NCBI GenBank assembly: GCA_015063845.1
Contig: SVTJ01000005.1
Location: forward strand, 19,454-83,453
Reading direction: 5' to 3'
From: Oscillospiraceae bacterium
Lineage (GTDB): Bacteria; Bacillota; Clostridia; Oscillospirales; CAG-272
Length of the DNA stretch: 64,000 bases
The notes under the pieces were generated by a model. The model was not told the DNA's origin, did no database searches, and was given only the letters and a program-made list of their open reading frames with translations. Both the position numbers and the translations under genes were made by a program. Shown one piece after another: positions 54,315 to 63,990 of this stretch. Within the stretch, counting starts at the first letter, position 1. Each line of letters opens with the position of its first letter.

Positions 54315-54578
54315 TCATTCCTCTGCGTCGCTATCGTCGACGTCAGTCACGTCAAGACGGTTTGCGATGGTCTCCGCCTGAATAGCGGAAAGTATCACGT
54401 GCTCGCTGTCCGTAACTATAACTGCTCTTGTTCTTCTGCCGCAGGACACGTCGATAACTCTGCCGCTGTCCTTAGCGTCCTGGATAAGTCTTTTTATGGG
54501 TGCGGAATCGGGACTGACAATGGTTACTATTCTTTCTGCAGCGACCATATTGCCAAAGCCTATGTTTATAAATTTCAT
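54315..54578 (-). CDS. remA: RemA/YlzA (DUF370) family regulator
   Basis: [36 protein letters not shown].. 87 aa. Confidence 0.85.
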   Translation of the reverse strand: MKFINIGFGNMVAAERIVTIVSPDSAPIKRLIQDAKDSGRVIDVSCGRRTRAVIVTDSEHVILSAIQAETIANRLDVTDVDDSDAEE

Positions 54579-54602
54579 GACTAAGTCCTCCTTGCGTCTT
54601 TA

Positions 54603-55490
54603 TTATTCGATATTTTGTATTTGCTCGCGTATCTTTTCAATGTCGCACTTGATATCCACGACAAGACGCGCGATAGCCGAATTCTGACATTTAGAGCCGA
54701 TGGTGTTGGTCTCTCTGTTTATCTCCTGAACGAGGAAGTCAAGCTTTCTTCCCGCAGGCTCGTTCATATTCAGTATCTCGCCGAATCCATCGAAGTGGGA
54801 GCGCAAGCGCACCAGCTCCTCGTCAATAGCTATCTTGTCGGCAAAAACGGCGCACTCGGTGAGTATCCTGTTCTCATCGAACACTATGCGATTGTCGGAA
54901 AGCATCTCACGAAGCCTTGCCTCAAGCTTTTGACGGTAGGTGACGGTATCCGAAAGGGAAAGCTTTTCGATCTCGTCCACCTTTTTGCCGATGGAAGCGA
55001 CCTTTCCCTCGAGATCGCGCTGTATATTTTCTCCCTCACGCGTTCTTGCGCCAAGGAACTTTTCGATCGCATCGTCGAGAACGACACGGAGGTCAGCCCA
55101 ATCCTTTTCGGTGTCCTCCTCGCTCTTTTTGATGACGAAGATGTCGCTGTTTCTAGATACGCTCATAATGCTCACGTCGTCGCGCAGACCGAACTTTTCT
55201 CCGAGAGTGCGGAGCGCGGTGATATATGCCTCTGCGTATCCCTCGTCGATAGCGATATTTACGTCGGGGGTGTCTATAACGTCGATGGTTATGAAAACGT
55301 CGACCTTTCCGCGACTTATGGATTTTGATTGAAGATAAGGCTTTATCTTTTCCTCAAGAAAAGAAAAGGCGCGAGGAAGCTTGACGGAGCAATCGAAAAA
55401 TCGGTTGTTGACCGAACGGAGCTCGACGGTTATGTCCTTTCCGCCGACCGTGCTTCTCGCTCTTCCAAAGGCGGTCATACTCTTTATCAT
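54603..55490 (-). CDS. YicC/YloC-family stress-induced protein
   Basis: MIKSMTAFGRA.. start. The AAAGGA RBS abuts the first ATG (55499) but lies 8 nt before the ATG at 55490. C-terminal DUF1732-like EINRETNTIGSK. Confidence 0.85.
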   Translation of the reverse strand: MIKSMTAFGRARSTVGGKDITVELRSVNNRFFDCSVKLPRAFSFLEEKIKPYLQSKSISRGKVDVFITIDVIDTPDVNIAIDEGYAEAYITALRTLGEKFGLRDDVSIMSVSRNSDIFVIKKSEEDTEKDWADLRVVLDDAIEKFLGARTREGENIQRDLEGKVASIGKKVDEIEKLSLSDTVTYRQKLEARLREMLSDNRIVFDENRILTECAVFADKIAIDEELVRLRSHFDGFGEILNMNEPAGRKLDFLVQEINRETNTIGSKCQNSAIARLVVDIKCDIEKIREQIQNIE

Positions 55491-55697
55491 AGTACTCATC
55501 CTTTCGGTAGTTTTTTATATAATACATCAATATATATTATAAAACATTTTGCAATTCTTGTCAACGGAATTTTGCCATTTTGGGTAAATACTAACAAATA
55601 ATCAATATTTTAATCAAAAAATACGGATAAAGTGCAAATGTATAAAGGGGAAAGAATGAAGTTTTTTTGCCGTTTTGGAGTTTTTTTGAAAAAACTA

Positions 55698-55726
55698 TTG
55701 AAATTTGGGAGAGGTTGGTGTATAAT
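55698..55726 (+). promoter_or_regulatory. Sigma-A type promoter of efp
   Basis: TTGAAA, 17 nt, TATAAT. Confidence 0.6.
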
Positions 55727-55789
55727 TAAGTGAATTTATATGCGCACGCGCAGATTATAAAGATAATTATTTACACGGAGGACTGCAAA

Positions 55790-56347
55790 ATGGTAGTAGC
55801 AGGCGATTTTAAGAACGGTATTACCTTTGATATGGACGGCAACGTTTTTCAGGTAATCGAATTTCAGCACGTAAAGCCCGGTAAGGGAGCGGCATTTGTC
55901 CGCACAAAGATCAAGAACGTTATCACAGGCTCTGTAATTGAGAGAACGTTCAGCCCCACAGATAAGTTTGAGAACGCATACATCGAGAGAAAGGAAATGC
56001 AGTATTCCTACAACGATGGCGATCTTTACTACTTTATGGATATGGAAACATTCGATATGCTTCCTCTTAACAGCGATAAGCTTCCCGACAACTTCAAGTT
56101 TGTTAAGGAAGAGATGCTCTGCAAGATCGTTTCCTACAAGGGCAACGTATTCGGAGTTGAGCCTCCCACGTTCGTTGAGCTTGAGGTAACTCAGACAGAC
56201 CCCGGCTTTGCAGGCAACACAGCTACAAATACTCTTAAGCCCGCAACACTTGAGACAGGTGCTGTTATCAAGGTTCCGCTCTTCATCAACGAGGGCGACG
56301 TTCTTAAGATAGACACAAGAACGGGTGAGTACCTCTCCCGTGCGTAA
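55790..56347 (+). CDS. efp: Elongation factor P
   Basis: ACGGAGGA RBS precedes ATG 55790. [19 protein letters not shown] motif. Confidence 0.95.
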   Translation: MVVAGDFKNGITFDMDGNVFQVIEFQHVKPGKGAAFVRTKIKNVITGSVIERTFSPTDKFENAYIERKEMQYSYNDGDLYYFMDMETFDMLPLNSDKLPDNFKFVKEEMLCKIVSYKGNVFGVEPPTFVELEVTQTDPGFAGNTATNTLKPATLETGAVIKVPLFINEGDVLKIDTRTGEYLSRA

Positions 56348-56366
56348 GCCTCGGAGGTGCGACGTG

Positions 56367-56819
56367 ATGACACTTAACGAAAAGGCTTCCTATATTAAGG
56401 GACTTTGCGACGGTATGGAGCTTGACACTGCCTCCAAGGAGGGAAAGGTCATAGCCGCACTGCTTGAGCTTGTATCCGATATGGCAATAGCTATTGAGGA
56501 TCTTGAGGCTGAGACCGAGGAGCTTCGCGATTATATCGAGGAGATAGACGAGGATCTTGGCGATGTAGAAGAGCTTCTTTGTGATGAAGAGGACGACTAC
56601 GACGACTTCGAGTGCGACGGCGATTGCTGTAACTGCGACGAGGAGTGCGATATCGACCTTGAGGACGACGAGTTTTTCGAGGTGGAGTGCCCCTCTTGTG
56701 GAGAGGTCATCTGCTTTGACGGAAGTATAGACCCCGAGGAGCTTGCATGCCCCGCATGTGGCGAGAAGTTCGAGTGCATCGTAGATGCCGACGACCTCAA
56801 GGCTCTTGACGAGGAATAA
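56367..56819 (+). CDS. Acidic zinc-ribbon protein (CD1247 N-terminal domain family-like)
   Basis: GGAGG RBS. N-terminal helical domain, a poly-acidic linker, and C-terminal CPSCG..CPACG. The start could be GTG 56364 or ATG 56367. Confidence 0.6.
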   Translation: MTLNEKASYIKGLCDGMELDTASKEGKVIAALLELVSDMAIAIEDLEAETEELRDYIEEIDEDLGDVEELLCDEEDDYDDFECDGDCCNCDEECDIDLEDDEFFEVECPSCGEVICFDGSIDPEELACPACGEKFECIVDADDLKALDEE

Positions 56820-56830
56820 TAAAGAATAAA

Positions 56831-56865
56831 AGCAAGGAGCTTCAGCCGAAGCTCCTTGCTTTTTT
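56831..56865 (+). terminator. Intrinsic terminator after the efp operon
   Basis: AGCAAGGAGCTTC-AGCC-GAAGCTCCTTGCT followed by TTTTT. Confidence 0.85.
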
Positions 56866-56880
56866 GCGGCTGTTGGAGAA

Positions 56881-57204
56881 CAAATTTGGATTTATCGGGG
56901 ACGCGTTTTTTTGAGGGAAACTTCTTGAAAGAAGTTTCCCTCAAACTCCCTTCAAGAACTTTAAAACAAAATGGTTATTGCTATAGCCATAGGAAATATA
57001 TAACTTTATTGTTTTTCTCTGAGGTAAAAACTCGTCGGACCCTACGTACCGACGAGTTTTATGGGTATTTGAACGTTCTGCACTGCAATGAGTTTTTCAG
57101 CCCAATTAAAAAAATAATAATTTCTTTGTGTTAAAGTTCTTAGAGTGGGGGACACTCGCAAGCGTCGGCAAGCCTGTGCGAACACCCCGACAAATCCTAA
57201 TTTG
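56881..57204. mobile_element. Complete 324-bp foldback member of the repeat family (MITE-like), carrying divergent B and C modules
   Basis: Inverted ends CAAATTTGGATTTATCGGGG / CCCCGACAAATCCTAATTTG match at 18 of 20 positions. One GACGCG unit, hairpin B' at 56911-56944, terminator hairpin at 57031-57056, and a sub-terminal inverted AAGAACTTTAA(A/C)AC motif. Confidence 0.55.
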
Positions 57205-57226
57205 ATGAGAAATTTTCAAAAAACAC

Positions 57227-57255
57227 TTGACAAAGGGATTGAAATATGGTAGAAT
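57227..57255 (+). promoter_or_regulatory. Sigma-A type promoter of rpmG-secE-nusG
   Basis: TTGACA, 17 nt, TAGAAT, preceded by TGG. Confidence 0.65.
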
Positions 57256-57393
57256 GTGTATTACCTCTGCGAGTAGGTTTTTTTGTTGCGCCGCAAATGC
57301 GCCAAAATTGCGGACAAACTGCTCCGTGAGGGAGGTACACAGGCAGTCTTTGAAAAAGACGGTCAAATAAAATTTAATGGGAGGTGCCGAAAA

Positions 57394-57555
57394 ATGGCTA
57401 ATGATGCAAGAGTCAAGATAACTCTCGTGTGCACAGAGTGCAAGCAGAGAAATTACGACACTAAAAAGAACAAGAAGAATGACCCTGACAGACTTGAGCT
57501 TAAGAAGTACTGCAGGTTCTGCCGCAAGCACACTCTTCACAAAGAATCTAAGTAA
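57394..57555 (+). CDS. rpmG: 50S ribosomal protein L33
   Basis: GGGAGG RBS precedes ATG 57394. [27 protein letters not shown] zinc-ribbon L33 signature. Confidence 0.9.
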   Translation: MANDARVKITLVCTECKQRNYDTKKNKKNDPDRLELKKYCRFCRKHTLHKESK

Positions 57556-57572
57556 TTTGGGAGGAGAACGAA

Positions 57573-57797
57573 ATGGCAGAAAAGGAAAAGAAAAAGGGCA
57601 GAGTTAAAGCTGCTTGGAAGGGCTTCAGAAGCGAGCTTAAGAATATTACGTGGCCCACTTGGAAGCAGGTCCTCAAGAACACCCTTGTTGTATTGGTGAT
57701 AGTTATCATCTGTGCAGTTATCATAGGTGCGCTTGACTACGCTTTTTCCGGAGGAATCCGTGCTCTCACTCAGCTCTTCACTAAGACCGGAGCTTAA
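57573..57797 (+). CDS. secE: Preprotein translocase subunit SecE
   Basis: 74 aa with a single C-terminal TM helix. ELKNITWPTWKQ motif. Located between rpmG and nusG. Confidence 0.9.
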   Translation: MAEKEKKKGRVKAAWKGFRSELKNITWPTWKQVLKNTLVVLVIVIICAVIIGALDYAFSGGIRALTQLFTKTGA

Positions 57798-57800
57798 ATT

Positions 57801-58337
57801 ATGAGTGATATCAATGAGATGAACGTTGGCCCAAGATGGTATGTGGCGCACACCTATTCGGGTTATGAAAACAAGGTAAAGGCAAGCCTTGAAAAGATCG
57901 TAGAGAACAGAGGACTTGAGGATCTTATATTCGATGTTCGCGTTCCTGTTGAGACCGTTGTGGAAAAGCACGGCGATAAGGAAAAGGAAGTTGAGTACAA
58001 GATATTCCCCAGCTATGTTTTCATTAAGATGGCAATGACAGACGAGAGCTGGCACGCCGTAAGATCCATCACGGGAGTTACGGGATTTGTCGGTCCCGGA
58101 TCGCGTCCTACTCCGCTTACAGAAGCAGAGGTTGAGCAGTTGAACATAGAAACAACGAGAGTTGAGCTTGTCGTTAAGGCAGGAGATACGGTGGTTGTTA
58201 CGGACGGACTGTTCGAAGGATACAATGGCGTTGTACAGTCTATATCTGACGATTTGAAGAAGATCACGGTCCTCGTAAAGAGAGGAAGCCGCGATATGCC
58301 TATCGAGCTTGACGCAACAAGCGTAAAGCTTGCATAA
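57801..58337 (+). CDS. nusG: Transcription termination/antitermination factor NusG
   Basis: WYVAHTYSGYENKVK NGN start and a C-terminal KOW domain (GDTVVVTDGLFEGYNGVV). Confidence 0.95.
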   Translation: MSDINEMNVGPRWYVAHTYSGYENKVKASLEKIVENRGLEDLIFDVRVPVETVVEKHGDKEKEVEYKIFPSYVFIKMAMTDESWHAVRSITGVTGFVGPGSRPTPLTEAEVEQLNIETTRVELVVKAGDTVVVTDGLFEGYNGVVQSISDDLKKITVLVKRGSRDMPIELDATSVKLA

Positions 58338-58436
58338 AAGGCTCAGGTAGCCGACCGAAAGGTCAAGTACGTGGGAGGGAGAAAATTCTTATCTTTTAAT
58401 TCTCCCGTAAATCACCACATTTGGAGGTAATTAAAA

Positions 58437-58862
58437 ATGGCAAAGAAAGTTATGGGTTATATCAAGCTGCAGCTGCCCGCAGGAAAGGCAACTCCGCAGC
58501 CTCCCGTAGGACCTGCTCTTGGTCAGTACGGTGTAGCAATTCCTGTATTTACAAAGGAATTCAACGAAAGAACAAAGAATGATATCGGTCTTATCATTCC
58601 CGTAGTTATTACGGTATACGCAGACCGTTCATTTACGTTTATCACAAAGACTCCCCCTGCAGCAGTCCTCATCAAGAAGGAAGCTAAGATCGAGTCCGGT
58701 TCCGCAAAGCCCAACAAGACAAAGGTTGCAAAGCTCACCAAGGAGCAGGTAAGAAAGATCGCTGAGATCAAGATGCCTGACCTTAACGCATCTTGCGTTG
58801 AGACCGCTATGAGCATGGTCGCAGGAACAGCACGCTCCATGGGCGTTGAAGTTGAGGAATAA
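58437..58862 (+). CDS. rplK: 50S ribosomal protein L11
   Basis: [22 protein letters not shown] signature. Confidence 0.95.
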   Translation: MAKKVMGYIKLQLPAGKATPQPPVGPALGQYGVAIPVFTKEFNERTKNDIGLIIPVVITVYADRSFTFITKTPPAAVLIKKEAKIESGSAKPNKTKVAKLTKEQVRKIAEIKMPDLNASCVETAMSMVAGTARSMGVEVEE

Positions 58863-58876
58863 GGAGGTAGACGAAA

Positions 58877-59563
58877 ATGGGTAAGAAGTATACAGACAGC
58901 GCAAAGCTTATTGAAAAGAACAGAGCATACGATCCCGCTGAGGCACTTGCTCTCGTTTGCCAGACTTCTAAGGCAAAGTTTGATGAAACAATAGAGATCC
59001 ACATTCGTCTGGGTGTTGACTCCCGTCACGCTGACCAGCAGGTCAGAGGCGCAGTAGTTCTCCCTAACGGTACAGGTAAGAACGTAAAGGTTCTCGTATT
59101 CGCTAAGGGCGACAACGTACAGAAGGCACTTGACGCAGGCGCAGATTACGCAGGCGGAGCTGAGTACGCAGAGAAGATCACAGCAGAGAACTGGTTTGAT
59201 TTCGACGTAGTTGTCGCTAGCCCCGACATGATGGGTGTTATCGGTAAGCTCGGTAAGGTTCTCGGTCCTAAGGGACTCATGCCTTCTCCTAAGGCAGGAA
59301 CAGTTACTCCCGACGTTGCACGTGCTGTAACCGAGGCTAAGGCAGGTAAGATCGAGTACCGTCTTGATAAGACGAATATCATCCACTGCCCCATCGGTAA
59401 GGCATCCTTCGGTGTAGAGAAGCTCACAGAGAACTTCAACACACTCGTAGGCGCAGTTGTAAAGGCAAAGCCCGCAGCTGCAAAGGGTCAGTACATCAAG
59501 AGCTGCGTAATCGCAAGCACGATGGGCCCCGGCATCAAGATCAACCAGACAAAGCTTGGCTAA
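58877..59563 (+). CDS. rplA: 50S ribosomal protein L1
   Basis: [24 protein letters not shown] signature. 228 aa. Confidence 0.95.
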   Translation: MGKKYTDSAKLIEKNRAYDPAEALALVCQTSKAKFDETIEIHIRLGVDSRHADQQVRGAVVLPNGTGKNVKVLVFAKGDNVQKALDAGADYAGGAEYAEKITAENWFDFDVVVASPDMMGVIGKLGKVLGPKGLMPSPKAGTVTPDVARAVTEAKAGKIEYRLDKTNIIHCPIGKASFGVEKLTENFNTLVGAVVKAKPAAAKGQYIKSCVIASTMGPGIKINQTKLG

Positions 59564-59573
59564 GATCAATAAC

Positions 59574-59607
59574 AAAAAACGCACCGTGTGAACGGTGCGT
59601 TTTTTTG
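59574..59607 (+). terminator. Intrinsic terminator after rplA
   Basis: ACGCACCGT-GTGA-ACGGTGCGT followed by TTTTTTT. Confidence 0.9.
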
Positions 59608-59618
59608 CTCAAATGCAC

Positions 59619-59647
59619 TTGACAAAGCGCTGAAAATCGTGTAGTAT
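59619..59647 (+). promoter_or_regulatory. Sigma-A type promoter of the PHP-like gene
   Basis: TTGACA, 17 nt, TAGTAT. Shares the 13-nt TGAAAATCGTGTA with the rny promoter. Confidence 0.55.
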
Positions 59648-59688
59648 ATAGCTGAAGCATATCTACATACTAAAAGGGAGACATAAGT

Positions 59689-60762
59689 ATGGAAAAAAGA
59701 ATGGTATTAAAGGCAACGGACGCGGACGTCGCGCAACTTGATAAGCTTTATGAAGGAAAAACACTGTATTTCGGCGACCTTCATAATCACGCAAAGACGG
59801 GCGGACGAAGCGACGGCAGATACACGCTTGAGCAGTGGAAGGGCGCGCTTGCTGCGCTTGATATGGATTTTGTCGCTATACTTGACCATAGACAGGTAAG
59901 ACATATGTACCTGCCCGAATGGGAGGACGGTACGTTCATCTGCGGTACAGAGCCCGGAACGAGAATACTTGACTGCGAGGCGATAGACGGCAATAACGAG
60001 ATACATTACAATATGCTTGTTCCCGGTCCCAAGGTGCTTGAGGAGATACTCAACGAGTTTGAGGGCTATGAGTTTGAGGGCGGTCCTGAGGGCTTCTATA
60101 AGTATTTGAGATTTACCCGAGAAGAAATGGGTGTTCTTGTGGACGCGGTATTGGCAAAGGGAGGATTTTACGTTCATCCTCACCCCAAGCAGTATCTGAA
60201 ATCCAACGACCCGCTCGACTATTGGTTCAGAGATAAGACGGGTCTTGAGGTCTTCTATTACGATATGAGAAGCGAGGGCACGCAGGAAAACTATAAGCTT
60301 TGGTGCGACCTTTTGGCGCTTGGCAAGAGAGTGTTTGCGTGCGCGGGCGAGGACGGACACAAAATCGCGAGAAACACCGCGCTGACGGCTATTTACGTGA
60401 CTGAAAAGAGCTCCCCAGGATTTATGCTCAGCCTCAGAGACGGTAACTTCGTATGCGGCTCGGTCGCGCTTCGTATGTGCGTAGGAGACACGGCTATGGG
60501 CGGAAGCTGTGTGTTTGACGGTCAGAGACTGTGTGTATCCGTTGATAAATTCCATTGCTCTGTCGCTAATCCCGAGCATAAGTATGAGCTTGTTGTTCTT
60601 GACGATAAGGGCGTTGTTGCGAGAAGAAGAATATCTTGCGACCAGCCTTCATATTTCGCGTTCAAGGTGGATAGCGACGCAAGGTTTTACAGAGCAGAGG
60701 TGCTCGACGTAAATCAGAACCTCAGAATATCCATAGGAAATCCCATTTGGAACGATAAATAA
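59689..60762 (+). CDS. Hypothetical PHP/CehA-McbA-like metallohydrolase
   Basis: AAGGGAG RBS. N-terminal FGDLHNHAKTGGRSDG and ..FVAILDHRQ motifs resemble PHP-fold metal ligands. The rest is unassigned. Confidence 0.45.
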   Translation: MEKRMVLKATDADVAQLDKLYEGKTLYFGDLHNHAKTGGRSDGRYTLEQWKGALAALDMDFVAILDHRQVRHMYLPEWEDGTFICGTEPGTRILDCEAIDGNNEIHYNMLVPGPKVLEEILNEFEGYEFEGGPEGFYKYLRFTREEMGVLVDAVLAKGGFYVHPHPKQYLKSNDPLDYWFRDKTGLEVFYYDMRSEGTQENYKLWCDLLALGKRVFACAGEDGHKIARNTALTAIYVTEKSSPGFMLSLRDGNFVCGSVALRMCVGDTAMGGSCVFDGQRLCVSVDKFHCSVANPEHKYELVVLDDKGVVARRRISCDQPSYFAFKVDSDARFYRAEVLDVNQNLRISIGNPIWNDK

Positions 60763-60768
60763 GTATTT

Positions 60769-60796
60769 AAAAGCGGCAGATATCTGCCGCTTTTTT
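60769..60796 (+). terminator. Intrinsic terminator
   Basis: AAGCGGCAGA-TA-TCTGCCGCTT followed by TTTT. Confidence 0.85.
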
Positions 60797-60841
60797 GAAT
60801 ATAACTAATTTGTAAAATAATATCCGATTAGGTAAAAGGTA

Positions 60842-60870
60842 TTGACATTTGCTTGAAAATCGTGTAAAAT
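60842..60870 (+). promoter_or_regulatory. Sigma-A type promoter of rny (about 200-nt leader)
   Basis: TTGACA, 17 nt, TAAAAT. Confidence 0.55.
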
Positions 60871-61070
60871 ATATGTATATGTCATAAGTGTAATGAAATG
60901 GCGTATCGTTTTGTCGGGATTTTTTGGTGCCCGTGTTTATATATTCAAAATTTGGGTAAAAGGCCCATGGTGAAATTTTAATATTTAATGCAGGTGAAAA
61001 AGACCGACTTGCGATTTGTGTATAAGATTATGATGTAATATGCAAAGAAGAAAAGACAAGGAGGTGCTTT

Positions 61071-62615
61071 ATGCTTTATGTGATCGGCGGCGTTATCGGT
61101 CTTGTCGTTGGCGCAGTCTCATTCTACTTCGTGGGCTATACGGTCCGCAAGAAGAAGGCTGAGGCAGACATAGGATCTGCTGAGCAGGAAGTCAAGAGAC
61201 TTCGCGAGGAAGGCGCAAAACAGGCTGAAACGCTGAAAAAAGAAGCCCTGATCTCTGCAAAAGAGGAAATACTCAGACAGAGAAATGAGGCGGAAAAAGA
61301 GATGAAGGAACGCAGAGCCGACATCTCGAGAATGGAAAGACGAATTACGCAAAAGGAAGAAAACCTTGATAAGAAGTCCGAGGCTCTGGAACGTAAAAAC
61401 GAGTTGCTCGACAAGAAGATCAAGGAAAACGACGCTCTTACCGAACAGATAGAACAGCTCAAGGAAAAGGAGCTGGTCGTTCTTGAAAAGCTTTCGGGCA
61501 TTTCGGTAGACGAAGCAAAGGATGAGCTTCTTTCAAGAGTTGAGTCAGCAATCAAGCACGAGCTCGCGCAGAGAATGACAGAGCTTGAACAGCAATTCAA
61601 GGAAGAGGCAGACGCAAAGGCAAAGAACATTATCTCTCTTGCTATCCAGAGATGCGCGGCAGACCACGTGGCAGAGACTACGGTATCGGTCGTAAATCTC
61701 CCGAGTGAGGATATGAAGGGAAGAATAATCGGTCGAGAGGGAAGAAACATTCAGATGCTCGAGAAGCTGACGGGTGTTGAGCTTATTATCGACGACACTC
61801 CCGAAGCAATAACGCTTTCGGGATTTGACCCCGTTCGCAGAGAAACTGCGAGAATTGCGCTTGAAAAGCTTATATCCGACGGAAGAATACACCCCTCGAG
61901 AATCGAGGAGACGGTTGAAAAGGCTACCCGAGAGATAGAGGCAACTATCAAGCAGGCGGGAGAGAGAGCAACGTTTGACGTTGGTATCCACGGAATCAAC
62001 GCGGATCTTGTCAGAATGCTCGGACGCCTTAAGTACAGAACCAGCTACGGACAGAACGTGCTCAAGCATTCTGTTGAGGTAGCACTCATCTCGGGAATGA
62101 TAGCAGACGAGCTTGGAGTTGACAGTACGGTTGCAAAGCGTGCGGGACTTCTCCACGATATTGGTAAGGCTCAGACGCACGAGATGGAGGGCTCACACGT
62201 TGAGCTCGGTGTAAACCTTGCTAAGAAGTACAAGGAGAGCCGTGAGGTGATCCACGCTATCGAAGCTCACCACGGCGACGTAGATCCTCAGACGATAACC
62301 GCTGTTATAGTTCAGGCGGCAGACGCGATAAGCGCGGCACGCCCCGGAGCAAGACGCGAGGATCTTGAAAATTACATTAAGCGACTTGAAAAGATCGAGG
62401 AGATCGCAAAGAGCTTCTCGGGAGTTGACAAGGCGTATGCGGTACAGGCGGGCAGAGAGATAAGAGTTATGGTCAAGCCCGAGGAAGTCAACGACGACGG
62501 AATGAAGATCATTGCGCGCGAGATGGCGGCGAAGATCCAGGAAGACGTTAAGTATCCCGGACAGATAAAGATCAACATTATCAGAGAGAGCCGCGCGATA
62601 GATTACGCAAAATAA
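61071..62615 (+). CDS. rny: Ribonuclease Y
   Basis: N-terminal TM helix, a long coiled-coil, a KH domain ([11 protein letters not shown]) and an HD domain (LLHDIGK.. HH). Confidence 0.95.
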   Translation: MLYVIGGVIGLVVGAVSFYFVGYTVRKKKAEADIGSAEQEVKRLREEGAKQAETLKKEALISAKEEILRQRNEAEKEMKERRADISRMERRITQKEENLDKKSEALERKNELLDKKIKENDALTEQIEQLKEKELVVLEKLSGISVDEAKDELLSRVESAIKHELAQRMTELEQQFKEEADAKAKNIISLAIQRCAADHVAETTVSVVNLPSEDMKGRIIGREGRNIQMLEKLTGVELIIDDTPEAITLSGFDPVRRETARIALEKLISDGRIHPSRIEETVEKATREIEATIKQAGERATFDVGIHGINADLVRMLGRLKYRTSYGQNVLKHSVEVALISGMIADELGVDSTVAKRAGLLHDIGKAQTHEMEGSHVELGVNLAKKYKESREVIHAIEAHHGDVDPQTITAVIVQAADAISAARPGARREDLENYIKRLEKIEEIAKSFSGVDKAYAVQAGREIRVMVKPEEVNDDGMKIIAREMAAKIQEDVKYPGQIKINIIRESRAIDYAK

Positions 62616-62710
62616 GAAGTATTGACCGTTTCCTTTTAGGATGTAGATATATTTTACATAAAACTCCAAACGGTAAGTCCCGTCTGCGGACGGATGATAT
62701 AAATACGCAA

Positions 62711-62747
62711 AAGCAGCAGAGAAAAATCTCTGTTGCTTTTGCTTTTT
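62711..62747 (+). terminator. Intrinsic terminator after rny
   Basis: AAGCAGCAGAGA-AAAA-TCTCTGTTGCTT (one G-U pair) followed by TTGCTTTTT. Confidence 0.75.
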
Positions 62748-62823
62748 ATTTAAAAATAACTATTGAAAATACGGCGGCAATATGGTAAAATAAAAAGGTA
62801 GTAAAAAGCAAAGGAACGTATTG

Positions 62824-63990
62824 ATGAACAATAAGAAAATACATATAGACGGAAAAATGAAACAGATGGCAACGGTTATTCTCGTAACCTTTTGCGCCTT
62901 TTTGATCGCGGTCGTGACTATGTCTGTCTGCCTTATAGTAAACGCCGTGCAGGATAACAGAGGAGGCTCTGTTATGGCAGGCGGTGGCGGCGGAGGTGGC
63001 GGCATTTCGCAAGGCTCTGGCAATACCGATACGCCAACGCCCTCAGTACCGTCGACAAAAACCCAAATATCACTTCCGTCGGCAACTTTTCAAAAGAATT
63101 ATCTTGCTACCGCAGGAGCAGATTACAAAGACATTTCATCTGACACGGAAATAAAATCTCAAGCAATAGTTTTGGTCGATATAACAGACAACAAGGTCAT
63201 AGCTGGCAAGAATGTAGATGCTAAAATATATCCCGCATCAATGACAAAGGTAATGACGCTTCTCGTGGCATGCGAGAATGCTACAGATCCCAAAGCCTTG
63301 TTGACCGTAACTCCCGAGATGGTTGAGAAATACGGCAATAGCGAAGGGGCATCGATTGCCTTTCCGTGGCAGGAGGGCTATCAGGTCACCGTTGAGGATG
63401 CGTTGCATCTGGTTATTTATGAGTCGGACACCTACGCTTGCTGGCTGCTTGCCGAGCACGTGGCTGGAAATGAGGCTGCTTTCGTTCAAAAGATGAATGA
63501 AAAAGCGAGTGCGCTCGGCTGTACTTCCACTAATTTCAAAAACGCAACCGGACTTTTCCATAGCGACCATTATACCACCTGCCGTGAAATGGCGGCAATA
63601 ATGGCTGCTGCGATGAACAATGAAGCTGCGGCTGCCGTGCTCACAAGCAAGGATTATTATACTGTCGATATTTATGTAGACGGTCAAAAGGCCGAGGAAA
63701 AGGGAATGTGGAGCGGCTGGTATACGGGCAGACTTGAGGAATATAGGCTTTCGGGTGTTGCGCCGAAGTACGTAGGCGGCGGCTCTGACGTTATGATAAC
63801 AGCGGGCAAGACGGGCTATGAGGATATTCCTACGAACTGTTTTGTGACGGCTGCTGAAAACGACACCACGGGTAGAAAATACGTATGTGTTCAGGTCGGT
63901 CGTACGGATAGCTCACAAGATACCGTGAATACAAAAACGTCGACTGACGATACGAGAAACATATACCGTAAATACGCAAAAGACGAATGA
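62824..63990 (+). CDS. D-alanyl-D-alanine carboxypeptidase family serine hydrolase (S11-like), membrane anchored
   Basis: N-terminal TM helix, a poly-Gly linker, SxxK (SMTK) and KTG (KTGYE) motifs. ATG 62824 is preferred over TTG 62821. Confidence 0.7.
   Translation: MNNKKIHIDGKMKQMATVILVTFCAFLIAVVTMSVCLIVNAVQDNRGGSVMAGGGGGGGGISQGSGNTDTPTPSVPSTKTQISLPSATFQKNYLATAGADYKDISSDTEIKSQAIVLVDITDNKVIAGKNVDAKIYPASMTKVMTLLVACENATDPKALLTVTPEMVEKYGNSEGASIAFPWQEGYQVTVEDALHLVIYESDTYACWLLAEHVAGNEAAFVQKMNEKASALGCTSTNFKNATGLFHSDHYTTCREMAAIMAAAMNNEAAAAVLTSKDYYTVDIYVDGQKAEEKGMWSGWYTGRLEEYRLSGVAPKYVGGGSDVMITAGKTGYEDIPTNCFVTAAENDTTGRKYVCVQVGRTDSSQDTVNTKTSTDDTRNIYRKYAKDE

Noticed and set aside
58353-58406. Hairpins in the nusG-rplK spacer (GACC-GAAA-GGTC at 58353-58364; GGGAGAA..TTCTCCC at 58377-58406) as an L1-binding autoregulatory leader.
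   Set aside because: This is plausible by position, but I cannot verify the L1-binding fold or its rRNA mimicry by eye. A covariance-model scan is needed.
60871-61070. About 200-nt rny leader, including a 25-codon ORF (MKWRIVLSGFFGARVYIFKIWVKGPW), and the roughly 138-nt rpmG leader (57256-57393), as possible riboswitches or leader peptides.
   Set aside because: The small ORF has no RBS, and I see no recognisable riboswitch core or convincing terminator/antiterminator pair.
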